In this document: positions 48,101 to 60,388 of the stretch, piece after piece
Layout of the letters: each line of letters opens with the position of its first letter
Numbering within the stretch: the first letter of the stretch is position 1
Assembly: GCA_032718475.1 (NCBI GenBank)
Contig: JAUCBJ010007115.1
Span: 1 to 64,000, forward strand
Reading direction: 5' to 3'
DNA: 64,000 nucleotides
From: Nemertoderma westbladi
Taxonomy: Eukaryota; Animalia; Xenacoelomorpha
Position numbers and translations under genes: made by a program
The notes under the pieces: generated by a model
Databases searched by the model: none
What the model was told of the DNA's origin: nothing
What the model saw: the letters and a program-made list of their open reading frames with translations, nothing else

Positions 48101-51100
48101 GAGACGATTAATCTAGCCGACATCGCTTCCAGAGTAGCAACTCATCAAGAACTGACAGATACTCCAGACTGGTTAGGTAGACCCGACTTCCTAAGTAAAG
48201 AAGATGAATGGCCTCCCCATCTTACCACGGCTGAGATTAGACAAGCCAAGGGAGCGGAGAAAGTCAAACCTAAAACCCGGACGAGTAAATCAAGGTTATT
48301 TAAACCCGTGATAGATCTGTCTGTACTACACATAGCCAGGGACGACGCTGTGGATCTAAACTCCCCCACCGCGAACCGATCTGGCGTGGAGATCAGAGAG
48401 AGAGACTGGAGATCTGGAATACCAGACGTCTCGCCGGGACTCTCACCTCTCCTGCCGGGAGCGATGGACCACTATAGATCCTGGAATCGGCTTTGTAAGG
48501 CCGTCGTGTATTTGAACCGATGTTTCTATCGTCACTATTCCAGGACGAAGAGGAAACCTGGAATTGTCTTCGAGACACAGCAGCTCAATCGCCCAGTTGG
48601 TCGTTTATGTTTACTGGAAAGAGACCGAAAACTGTCCGGAAACTATGGAAGGCAAGATACTCTTCCCACGACCACCTCCCTAATCCAACAAATATCTAGG
48701 GACTCCATAACATAACAACATACGGAGTGGGTGTGTGACTATATTATTTTATATTTATTTATTATTTTATATTATGTATGTATTATTATGTAATTTTATT
48801 ATAATCGTTTTCTTTAATTTTATTTAGTAGAATGTTATTTTAGTGATTATTTAGTGCAATATATATTAGTGTTTATTACTTAATTACTTATATATTATAT
48901 ATTTAGTGCGACGGCGAGAAATTATTATTTTTCTCTTTCCTTACTGTCCGTATTACATTACAAATACGTAACTACAGTAAGATGAAATGTCTGTACTTGT
49001 TAAAGTACAATAAAGCTCCTACTATATTTAAGTATTATTGGTAGGCAGAGTATTAGGAATGCAAAGTTCAGATCCTCGTGTCTCGGCTAAACCAAGCTCT
49101 GGGTAGACCATGGAAACGACTTGCCTCTTCACACTGACATTGCTTCGTGCGATATTGCTCTCATACCGTATATTAAATAATACATATAGTAGCGTGATGT
49201 CCCTTTAACAGTAGCGTAAAACGCAAAATAAATCTGTTAAACCCTTTGACCATCTGCTATTCTAGTCGATTAAGATATCGCGGCACCCACCGATATACTT
49301 GAAAGACAAATTTCTAGAATCAGTGGTTAACGACCCCAGACAAGTTCTGGAATAAACTGGTGCCCATCCTAAATATTAATTATTAATATTTACAAAATCT
49401 GTCAAATTTTAGATCCTTTAAAATTCTAGTCGATTAAGATATCGTAGCACTTACCGATACTCTTAAAAAAGACAAATTTCCTAGAATCAAGGATCCCAGT
49501 CCCCAGATATGTTCTGGAATAAAATTGTGTCTATTTAACATTAAATAATAAAATTTACGGGAATAAATTTAAATTCATATTTTAATGAATTCAATAAATT
49601 TTCATTTTATACAATTTATAACATTCCCAAAATTCCTTTAATTAATAGATCATGGGAGCGGAGATTTACCCTATTAAGTGTATCAGTGTGCGAGAATCTC
49701 CAATATATAGTCAATAGCCGATAAAATTCATAAAATCATGTATAAAGAGGATATTGACAATTAAAGAATTACTATTAAATAGCATCCCAGATCTGTATGC
49801 ATGAGAATTACCCTAATTCTACCGCTAGCTTTCCATAATGTCACCATGGCAACAACCACGCTAGAATTAGAAGTGAGTTAAAAGAACAATAGAAAGCTTC
49901 CCCCATTGAATAGCATAGGGAAAAAATAGCACACTGTTAGTATCCAAGGATACATAATAATAACGTGACATTCTGGAAGGCACTTGACTAACGGACAAAT
50001 GACCCAAATGTGTGATAGAATGCGTACCATTTGTGACAGTTACGTGGAATTTGTGCGTTTGTAGGTGAATGTTACTACTAAGGTGTGTTTACAGTAGCGA
50101 GTCGCAATTGTGAAAGTAGCCCTAACTCTCCAGTAAGAACCTGAAGTAAATCTAAGCCTTTGGGACGGACGGTGGAGTGACTCGCGCTGGTTGTTGTGGT
50201 CGTTGTGCAGCTACGACGTTGGCGATAGGCACATCGGCGAAAGTACACCAGCGCTGAGGATCTTGCACTGTCCGGGGGCCGAGAGGGGTAGGCAGCGACG
50301 CCCGCTAGCCTAAATATCAACTCATTATAATATTGATAAACTCATATAGCAGCTATGACTCAGTTGATAGAAGATGATCTTGGTATCAGGGAGAAATATA
50401 CTATACCGTTGCAGGCGTTGTTGATAGCTTGATATGCAGCGACGCTAGTCCAACTACTACGGAGGACGATGGTCGTTATATCGAACTGCCGATGTCCCAG
50501 GAGCAACTTACGCGTGAATTGGACTATCGAAAATTCACTGCTCGCTATACGCATTGTAATGGTACGTATATGGACTTCTTAACTACTGGCCATCCTATCG
50601 ATTTATACGATACGGACGATATCGACACCGAAAGGGAAATGGTCCTATTTAAATATCATACCCAGCGGAGTCGGAACGATAAATTGAGAATCGAATGCGA
50701 AAATTCTATTCGAAATCAACTCGAAAGAGAAGACGTTAAAGAACCGGATAAACGCGGTAACTCCAACGTATATTTGGAATTCTTGAGAGAAACATTGTAA
50801 AACCGAATAAATATCACCCGCGTTTCTCCTACAAGACGTGCGTCTTTGGTATTATTGCAATGAATGCCCAAGACCCAACCAACAAGCGGGAGGACATAAG
50901 CATCCGCGAGGAGACGTTGCTTTAAACACGGTTTTACTCGCTATATTTATGGGAGTTTTGAGCGAAAACTTGTTCGATGTAACACCTACGCTCGCTCGAC
51001 TCAAACGATCCTTAAATAAACCTATGATCAGAGTATCGGAATACTCGGTCAGACCTCCTCATTCCCTATTTAGACCTCATGACTCTTGATCCTAATAGTA

Positions 51101-51799
51101 TCACGGATCCTCTCGAACTGTACTCACTGTTCAAAGATCTGGTGTTGCGTTACCCGAACAGTTAGTCGGTGGCACTCCGGTTGTGGGCTCCCTTAAATAT
51201 TCACCCATCTTACTTAGTCGGATTGGGACGCAGACATCTAATATCGCCATTCAACCGTACCATCGTCCCTGTTTAACCCGATACAACCTGTCACCGAAGC
51301 GGAGGAAAGAGTTATACGAAATGCGTTGGACACTATTTGTCAAAAGATCTGAAAATGAACCTACCATGGTTTAGAGAAACGTAAATTGCAGTAGCAAGTC
51401 CAAGCGATAAACGAATTAACTTTATCTCAGTTCGATCAGGAAATTCAGAATCTCTAAGAGGATATCGAACTTGGACGACCCTATTCTCTGCAAGAGTTTT
51501 GGACGAACGCATCCAACGATAAGCGGAGGAAAATCAGCTCGAGGAGAAGCATATCGAAATGGGGAGACATCGACCGTAACCCTAAACCTTCTGATGCAAT
51601 TGTATTGCACCCTTCACCCAGGAGTTACAGCCCTCATAGTAAAGTGGCTCGCCCCAAAGAGAAAAGGACTCTTGCTAGCCTCAAAAAACTGCGTAAACGC
51701 CGTCTGCGCAAGAAAAACTAACTGTTTAGAGTATTTTTATATTTTAGAAACTGTGATTTTTTATATTTTATAGAATTAAATCCCATTTTCTGGGAGCGG

Positions 51800-52996
51800 T
51801 GTAAAAGCTTTTGCGGAATTGGCTGGTTATTTTCCCCGCAAAGTACTCTGTAGTTGGTTTAACGGGCATAAAAGGCCGTTTCATTACTGTACTGGTGTTT
51901 TAGTGGACACAAAAAGCCATTTCATCTGTATGTGTACTTTAGCGGACATAACTAGCAATTTTATGTCGCAATACGCTAAATCCTCTTGAAACAGTGTAGT
52001 TACTATGACGACAGCTAACAGCTGATCTGTACACGTGGAGCTTTTTCTTTGTTCTCTGTCGTTTCTTTGTTCGGTCAACCAATCAGAGCGTTTTTTGACT
52101 CTGTGTTGGAGATTGTATACAGAAACTCATGCAATTGAGTCAGTATGTGTATTTTGTCCACAGCCAGAAGACCGGCTTTAGAATCTCTGTGTTTTCAGGC
52201 TTTAGCCCAACATTAGTAGGCTTAATTATAGAACGTATGTCTGTTATCATACATAACTCAACTCATAACATACAACTCAATGCAATGTTACAATCTATCA
52301 TATCATAACAATTTATACCTTAACATTTATACTGCTATTTACTGTCGGTTATTCTTTATATCAGTTGATGGAATATTATATTTGGAATATCGATGAATAA
52401 TTACAAAACCCTCAATCTTCTTGATATACTGAAGGTAAGAGAGACCGGTTACATATAACGATTGCGACTCACCTTAAAGTGGTTTTGAAGTGAATCTAAT
52501 GCTATTTCATAGGCACTACAGGTATCAGTTGTTGTTCTCTATATATGTGACTAAAATTAGTGAAGGTCGGCAGATCGGTGTGCAGTATTATGCAGTAGTG
52601 TGTATGATTGTGAGTGATAACAAAGCATCTCCTAAAGAATGCGCCATATACATGAATCTATAGCCATCCCGTTGTGACTAGTTTAAGTCATAGCTCTGTT
52701 TACATATTTAGAGCGCCACGTCCTAAAGGAACTGTTAATATTTCCCGAAAGTGAATAATATTTGTCAGAGATTATATATTACGATCAGTCGAATAGTACA
52801 GTAGGCTTACACCGCAATAAGATTAAGCCTCATGAATCCAGTCTCCCGGGTATATCCAGCGGGTGAATGGTCGCGCATAGACTGGCTTCGGCTAATGTAG
52901 TGTATCCAATACTCGTCATAGGCTAAAGTCGATTTATTATCTAGAAGACATCTTAATTTGGCAGGTTAAACTGCTAAAGGTCTGAAAGCGCGAACA
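51800..52996 (+). repeat. 3' LTR of the BEL/Pao element
   Basis: Direct repeat of 38411-39606, followed by TSD GCTGC. Confidence 0.93.
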
Positions 52997-53061
52997 GCTG
53001 CACTGACAGACTGTTGCGTATACCTGTCGGCCTGTATATGGCTGCAATGGTAGAGTAGTCC

Positions 53062-55351
53062 TTGCTCCAACTAGGCGACATTTCCAAATACAAAGAGATT
53101 TTCATTTTGGGAGATACCAACAGCGATACACTGAACTCACGCAACCCTAACACTGTAGCCGTACGAAGACGTCTTCTAGACTTCTGCAACTCCACTGGAC
53201 TTAAACAGCTGATATCCGAACCCACCCGAATAACATCGAACTCAAAAACTACCATTGATCACATTTTTGCCAGTAACCCCAAATTTATATGTGACAGTGG
53301 AGTGATCAAATCAGGACTCAGTGACCACTGCATGGTATTTGTGTCCCGCAGCCACCTACATCAAAAACGTCCTCGACTCCAACAAAACAAACAGTAAAGT
53401 CCTCTGGAAAACCCTAAAGACACTCGGAGCGCCCACGAAAAGAGCGAAGTCGTCTACCGTAATATCAGCTATCGAAAATAATGGAGCCCTCCTTACAGAC
53501 CCCACCGACATTGCCAATGTTCTGAACTCCTTCTTCACAAATATCTCAAAGACATTGGTAGACAAACTCCCATCTCCCTGCAACATCTACAACGGCCCCG
53601 CAGTCGAGCAGTTCTATGCCCTGAAACGAATCAAAAAAGACAGTTTCTCCCTCCAAACAGTCGATAGACAGATCGTATTTGACATTCTCACAAACCTAGA
53701 CACCACCAAGGCCAGTGGACCCGACTCGATCAGCCCAAGAATACTTAAAGACGGAAGCCCGATCTTAAAGGACCACCTTGCCCACATTATAAACTCATCA
53801 ATTACCTCAGCAATCTTTCCCACCGATTTTAAACTTGCCAAAGTCAATCCAATCTTCAAAAAAGGCCCCCGCATCGTCCGTGATCACTACCGCCCCATTT
53901 CGCTGCTTCCAACTGCCTCCAAAGTCCTAGAAAAGGTTATCTTCGAACAATTCAAAAGCTACATAGTAACCAACATACTCGACGATCTCCAATCCGGCGC
54001 CCGGACCGGCCACTCGGTACAAACCTGCCTCATCCACCTCGACGACCTCATCCGAAATACAACCGACAAAGGAATGTTAGTAGGAATGGTTGCCATAGAT
54101 ATTAGAAAAGCCTACGACACCGTGCAGCACGACATCCTCCTACATAAGCTAAAGTGCATCAGACTGAACCAACACACCATAAATTGGTTCCGCTCCTACT
54201 TGTCAGGAAGATCACAATATGTTCAAATCGGAAACTCCACATCAAAAACACTCGATATCACATGCGGCACCCCCCAAGGAGCTCTCCTAGCTGTTTTACT
54301 GTTCTTAATCTATATCAACGACTTCAATCTAACTCTTGTTCCCACTAACTGTACCCCGACCCAAACGGTTTCATTGATGCCCCCCACAGCTTCTCCAGGT
54401 TCGGTGGTGCTCCCTGCGGCATCTCCAGGTAAGGTGGCGCTCCCCGCGGATTCCCAAGGTTCGTTGGTGCTCCCTGCGGCATCTCCAGGTAAGGTGGCGC
54501 TCCCCGCGGACTCCCAAGGTTCGGTGGCGCTCCCTGCGGCATCTCCAGGTACGGTGGCGCTCCCCGCGGACTCCCAAGGTTCGGTGGCGCTCCCTGCAGC
54601 ATCTCCAGGTACGGTGGCACTCCCTGCAGCCTCTCCGGTTTCGGTGGCGCTCCCTGCGGCCTCTCCCGATTCGGAGGAGCTCCCTGCAGCCTCTCCAGGT
54701 TCGGAGGCACTCCCTGCGGCCTCCCAAGGTTCGTTGGCGCCCCCTGCGGACTCCCAAGTTTCGGTGGCGCTCCCCGCGGACACCCAAAGTCCGGTGGCGC
54801 TCCCCGCGGACAACCCAGGTTCGGTGGCGCTCCCTGCGGACTCCCAAGGTTCGTTGGCGCTCCCCGCGGGCTTCCAAGGTTCGTTGGCGCTCCCCGTGGG
54901 CTCCCAAGGTTCGGTGGCGCCCCCCGCAGACTCCCAAGGTTCGGTGGCGCTCCCCATGGACTCCCAAACTTCGGTGGTGCTCCCCGCGGACCACCCAGGT
55001 TCGGTGACGCTCCCTGCGGACTCCCAAGGTTCGTTGGCGCTCCCCACGGACTCCCAAGGTTCGGTGGCGCTCCCCGCGGACTCCCAAGGTTCGGTGGCGC
55101 TCCCCGCGGACTACCCAGGTTCGGTGGCACCCGCGACGACCCCTCCGGGTTCCGTTCCACTCTCAACTGAGGTCACCCACCACGTCGCCAACACCAACAG
55201 CCTAAATCTCATGGTGGCACTGAAATACGTCGACAACACAAATATCCTCAAAACCAGACACAACTTAAAGGAAATTGAAACGTCACTCTCGGAAACACTG
55301 ACCAGGGTAAATGCCTGGGCTGTCGATAACCGCCTTAGCATTCACCCCTGA
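53062..55351 (+). pseudogene. CR1/L2-type LINE ORF2 fragment (endonuclease end, internal deletion near 53350, RT)
   Basis: ILGDTN, EPTR, TTIDH, SDH; KASGPD, YRPISLLP, IDIRKAYDTV, GTPQG, LFLIYIND, KYVDNT; truncated at LSIHP by the Gypsy element. Confidence 0.9.
54390..55130 (+). repeat. GC-rich 30-bp minisatellite (~25 copies), in frame within the RT domain
   Basis: ctcccaaggttcggtggcgctccccgcgga units encoding SQGSVALPAD. Confidence 0.95.
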
Positions 55352-55371
55352 TAATATATAGCATTCACCGG

Positions 55372-58300
55372 TGATAATATATGGCTCGCCCCACGGATAC
55401 CCTGGGACGAGGGGGGGGGGGGAGACCTACCGGTGTTGGACAGTCAGTATGTCGGTGTTAGTCAGAGCACTGCAGTACATATTCTTTTATCTAGGCTACT
55501 TGTTACATGCCGTGACCGGTCCCCGGAGGACCCTATTATACATATCTATCTGACAGTATCTGCTATAGATAAAGGTTTTATTCGTCTGCTGCCTCGCAGC
55601 AATAGTAGATACGCCCACATGGCGCAGTGTGTAGGATAATTTGGGCCCATGCCGCCTAAATCCAAAGGGAAGATCACGTCCCCGCCCACGGCGGACAGCA
55701 GCGACGGCGACGAAACTCTAGAAGCCCGAGGCGGCAGTCGCGCCCCTATCCGAATGGACGACCTCGCGCGAATCCTCGCCCAACAGCAGACTGCTATGGC
55801 TCAGCTGCTGGCGCAACAGCAGGAGGACGCCAACCGTCGCCAGGAGGCTGCGGATGACCGCCTACTTCAACAACAGGCGGCCGCGGACGACCGCATCGCT
55901 AAACTCCTCGCAGCTTTACAACCCGGCGTGGCGGCGGCCGCCACACCGGAACTACCGACGACCCAACCCACGTACGCGGGGGCCGTCACGAACCCGGTTC
56001 CCCGACGCCGGCTAATCGACATCTCGACAATGGAGAAGATCGACGTGGACGTTGAGTTCTCCATGTTCCGCCGGTGGAGACAGGCGTGGCGGGTCCACGC
56101 CCACCGACAACAGGTCGCTACGTTCCCGCGAGCCGAGCAGGTTTACGCTCTCGTTGCTGCCCTCGGTAGCGGCCTACAGGAGACCATCCGCGTCACCCTG
56201 CACGTGGACATCGACGCGGACGATACAACCACGGAGACGGTCCTCGATGCACTCCAGGGCCACCTCCGCGCCAAGAGGAGTATCGCGATCGACGCGATCA
56301 AGTTCCACGAGCGCCGGCAAGGCGCGACCGAGGGATTCGATTCCTTCCGGGTGGCCCTGGAGGATCTCGCAGACACTGCGGAGCTCTGCGGGAACTGCCG
56401 CGACCGGCAGATCGTTACCCAGATCCTAGTGGGTCTTCGATGTTCAGAGACCCGGACAGAACTCCTCAAGGCAGCAAGGTTCTTCCTCAACCGACCCTCG
56501 AGGACTGCGTGAGGATTGCGCAGAGCGTGGAAGCCAGCGAACGGAACGACTCGATCCTCGCGAGCGGGAAACCAGTAAACAAACTCTCCGCGTACAAACG
56601 CGAACGCTCGGCCTCCCGCAACCCCGCTATCTCCCGCTCCCCGATGAGCACCCAGAACTCATCACCCGACCCCGCGTGGCGGAACCCTAGCGAACCCCAT
56701 GAGGCGGGCTCGGAATGCCCCGCCAAGGGGGTCAAGTGCCACGGCTGTGGCAGGACGGGGCATATCAAGCGGATGTGCCAGTCCCGATCCGCCACCAAGA
56801 AGAGGGTGTCCACAGTGTACCACTGCCAGAGTATTAGCAGCGTTGCCAACCATCAGGAAACAGCCTGCAAACTCTCTTATATCGCGGTGGGCCTGACGGA
56901 CTCCGGGATCGGGAACCTCAAGGGGACGGGTCGTCACTCCCTCCCGGATAGCGGTGCGGCCGCTAATATCTTCAACCAGGGACTGTTTCTCCGGTTAGGA
57001 GGGCGACTCGACGACCTCCTCCCGCTTCGAGACGACGACAAATTCGAGGCGGCCAACCGACTCCCCATGGCGGCCGTGGGGCGGTACCCAGTGGAGATCA
57101 ACTACTGCGGGACGACGGCGACCACCGAGCTGGTCATCTCTCCCGAGTCCGACGGACTGATCCTCTCGAAGAAGACCATCCAGGACCTGGATATCCTCCC
57201 GCGCACCTTCCCGGCTCCCCTACACAGCCGCGGAACCGTCGCTTCTGTTGCTCCGTCCCCGGCGATCCGCTCCCGGGACAATCTCCTCCGCGAGTTCAGC
57301 GACGTGTTCGACAACGACTCCGCGCCTCTTCCAACGATGCATGGCCCGCCCATGCGTATACAGCTGAAGGATGGGGCCATTCCACGTCAACGGCGCGCGA
57401 CCTGTCCCGTTCGCGATGCGGGAGGAGGTGAAAGAACTCCTCGACAAGCTAGAGCGACGGGAAGTCATCACCCGGGTCGAGGAACCTACGGAATGGGCCC
57501 ATCCGATGACGGTGGCGCCTAAACCCAACGGAGGACTGCGACTCTGCGTGGACCTTCGCCACCTAAACTCGCAGGTCCAACGCCCCTATTACCCAACGCC
57601 GAATCCACGGACCGCAGTCGCCGGAGTCTCCACGACTGCAAAGATTTTCTCCATGTTCGACGCAGCCAGTGGCTACTGGCAGGTTCCCCTCGACGAGGAA
57701 TCCCAACTCCTCACCACCTTCGCGACTACCTGGGGCCGGTACTGTCACACTCGTAGTGTGATGGGGCTGATCTCGTCCGGCGACGAGTTTAACCGTTGAG
57801 GCGACGACGCCATCCAGGGACTTCCTAACCTCATCAAGGTTGTAGACGATGTACTCCTCTACAACGATACAATGGAGGAACACATGGAGAACATTGCGAG
57901 GTTTATGGAGCGGTGCCGGACCTACGAGATCACGTTACACCCGGGGAAGGTTCAGTTTGCCCAGACCGAGGTTCGGTTCGCTGGGTACCTCGTCGGCGCC
58001 TCCGGGATAAGGCCGACCCCGAGAAACTGAAGGCGATTGCCGCCTTCCCCCGCCCTGGGAACATCACCGATCTCCGGAGCGAGCTTCCTCGGACTGGTGG
58101 AGCAACTCGCTCCGTTCTCAGCAGACCTCGCTGCCGCGATGTCCCCGCTACGTCCCCTCCTAAGCACGAAGGCGACCTTCATCTGGACGGTGGACCACGA
58201 ACGGGCCTTCGAGACAACCAAGCTGGCTCTGACGTCACCGCCGGCCCTCGTCCCGTTCGACACGACCCGGGAAACCCGTCTAGTGACAGACGCGTCCCGG

Positions 58301-60388
58301 CTGAAGGGCCTCGGCTACGCCCTCCTCCAACTTCACGGGGAGGACTGGAAGCTGGTCGAGTGCGGCTCGAGGTTCACCACCGAGACCGAGTCCCGGTATG
58401 CCATGGTAGAACTCGAGCTGCTCGCCGTCGTATGGGCAGTGCAAAAATGCCGTATGTACCTTCTCGGCCTCCCACACTTCAACCTAATCGTAGACCACCA
58501 GCCGTTGGTGACGATCATCGACAAATACACGGTGGACGCGACCGACAACACGCGCCTCCAGCGGCTCAAAACGAAACTGGCTCCCTACCAGTTTACCACC
58601 ACGTGGACAAAGGGGAAGGACCACGCCATAGCCGACGCGTTGTCCCGCGTCCCCGTCAATGACCCGACACCGGACGACATCGTGGACGACGGCGAAATGG
58701 CGACGTACATCCGGGCCGTCACCCGCCAGACCGCCGCCGACATAACCGGCTCCGATTCCGCCCACCTTGCGGATCCAGTCCTCAATGAACTCGCCCGACT
58801 GGCTCGGAACGATCCGGACTACAAAGCCCTACTCGCGGCTATCGAGGCTGGGTTTCCGGAATCCACCCGGACGAACCCAGCGGTGAACATCTTCTGGTCT
58901 GTCCGGGACCAGTTAACCACGGACGGGGACCTGGCCCTGCTGGGCCATCGCATTGTGGTCCCCACAGCGTCGCGGAAATCTACCCTTACGCGCCTCCACG
59001 CATCGCACCAGGGGGTGGAGAAGACGCTACGACGTGCCCGGCAGTGTGTCTACTGGCCGGGCATAACTAACGATATCCGGACGACCGTGGGCGCTTGCAG
59101 CGAATGTCTGACCAGCCGATCGAGCCAGACAAAGGAGTCGTTCCAGTCGGAACCTCCACCCACTCGACCCTTCGAGGACATTTCGGGAGACTTCTTCTCC
59201 CTTGGGGCGAAGCACTTCCTGGCCGCCGCCGACCGATATTCCGGATGGCCGGAAGTGTACTCGTTTTCCGCCCCACCCACTGCCGACCGGACAATCACAG
59301 CCCTGCGAGACTGGTTCATCCGGTACGGGGTGCCGACCCGCTTTCGCTCGGATGGCGGGACCCCATTCACCGCGGCAGCGACGACGAAATTCCTGAAGGA
59401 ATGGGGGGTCACACCGGTCACGTCGTCACCGGAATACCCCCAGAGTAACGGGCACGCCGAGTCGGCGGTAAAGGCCCTGAAGAGCCTTCTGGTAAAGACC
59501 GGGGGCTCAACTACGTCCGAAGTGTTCCTGGAGGGGCTCCTGGAACTCCGCAACAGCCCCAGGGAGAGCGGCTCTTCCCCAGCGGACATTGTCTTCGGAC
59601 ACCCAATGCGCACGCGTGTCGAAGCTCACCACACCGCCTTCGCCCGGACTATACAAGAGACCCGGACGGAGCTAGACCGGGTGGTGCCAGCCATCAAATC
59701 GGCCCGGACCACCCAGTACAACCGCGGCGCAAAGATTTGGAACCTCTCACGGTAGGCGCCCGGGTAAGGGTTCAACACCCGACCACCAAGCGATGGGATC
59801 GCGCTGGAACCGTCGTAGAGACTGGTTCCCACCGGAAGTATACAGTCCGGATGCCGTCCGGACGCACCCTTGTCCGGAACAGACGCTTACTAATCCCGGA
59901 CACCGCCCACCAGGCGACACCAACGGGCCCTCTGCCACCGGATGCGGCCCCAACGGGACCCACACCCACCAAGAAACTGCGCTGGCGTGAACCCCTAATG
60001 GAAACTCAGACCTTCGATAAACTTTCAGTTTCGAGGTATCCAAAACGGACGCGTCAGCAACCCGACAGACTGTAGGACAGAACGGTTGATAGCTCGGCAC
60101 AGCCTTAGACGGCTAATCCAAGCTCGTAAGGGGGTGTGGTGATAATATATGGCTCGCCCCACGGATACCCTGGGACGAGGGGGGGGGGGGGAGACCTACC
60201 GGTGTTGGACAGTCAGTATGTCGGTGTTAGTCAGAGCACTGCAGTACATATTCTTTTATCTAGGCTACTTGTTACATGCCGTGACCGGTCCCCGGAGGAC
60301 CCTATTATACATATCTATCTGACAGTATCTGCTATAGATAAAGGTTTTATTCGTCTGCTGCCTCGCAGCAATAGTAGATACGCCCACA
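55372..60388 (+). mobile_element. Ty3/Gypsy LTR retrotransposon (Mag-like), coding region disrupted
   Basis: LTRs 55372-55619 and 60140-60388 (TG...CA) differ only by one G in a run; PBS TGGCGCAGTGTGTAGGAT (tRNA-Ser-like) at 55620; PPT aagggggtgtgg. Confidence 0.93.
55649..60075 (+). pseudogene. gag-pol: gag-pol with several frameshifts and an in-frame stop
   Basis: CHGCGRTGHIKRMC knuckle, LPDSGA protease, LRLCVDLR, DAASGYWQ, VVDD, TDAS, ELELLAV, LHASHQG...CSEC, SDGG, PQSNGHAE, RNRR spread over ORFs 55649, 56440, 57371, 58037 and 59737; TGA at 57797-57799. Confidence 0.92.

Larger units (their letters stand above)
41782..48715 (+). pseudogene. gag: BEL/Pao Gag-protease ORF with vestigial pol, interrupted by an RTE insertion and one in-frame TAA (45248-45250)
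   Basis: Removing the RTE joins ...HSSRALIS to QWTDSSS... in frame; ORFs 43745-45250 and 45338-48715 share a frame. KFNGD...EKLRFLIECL...LNIRYG (DUF1759-like), three Cys/His knuckles (CVLC, CYNC, CAKC), protease ALLDSGS. Confidence 0.9.
38411..52996 (+). mobile_element. Non-autonomous BEL/Pao LTR retrotransposon, 14.6 kb including a nested RTE
   Basis: ~1.2-kb LTRs TGTAAAAG...GCGCGAACA, 5-bp TSD GCTGC, short PPT tgggagcgg, BEL-type Gag and protease. Confidence 0.93.

Noticed and set aside
50429-51773. env gene call
   Set aside because: The ORF is fragmented and has no recognisable fusion-protein features; kept only as an unknown ORF remnant.
54310-55166. Three long minus-strand ORFs
   Set aside because: They result from the stop-free 30-bp minisatellite.
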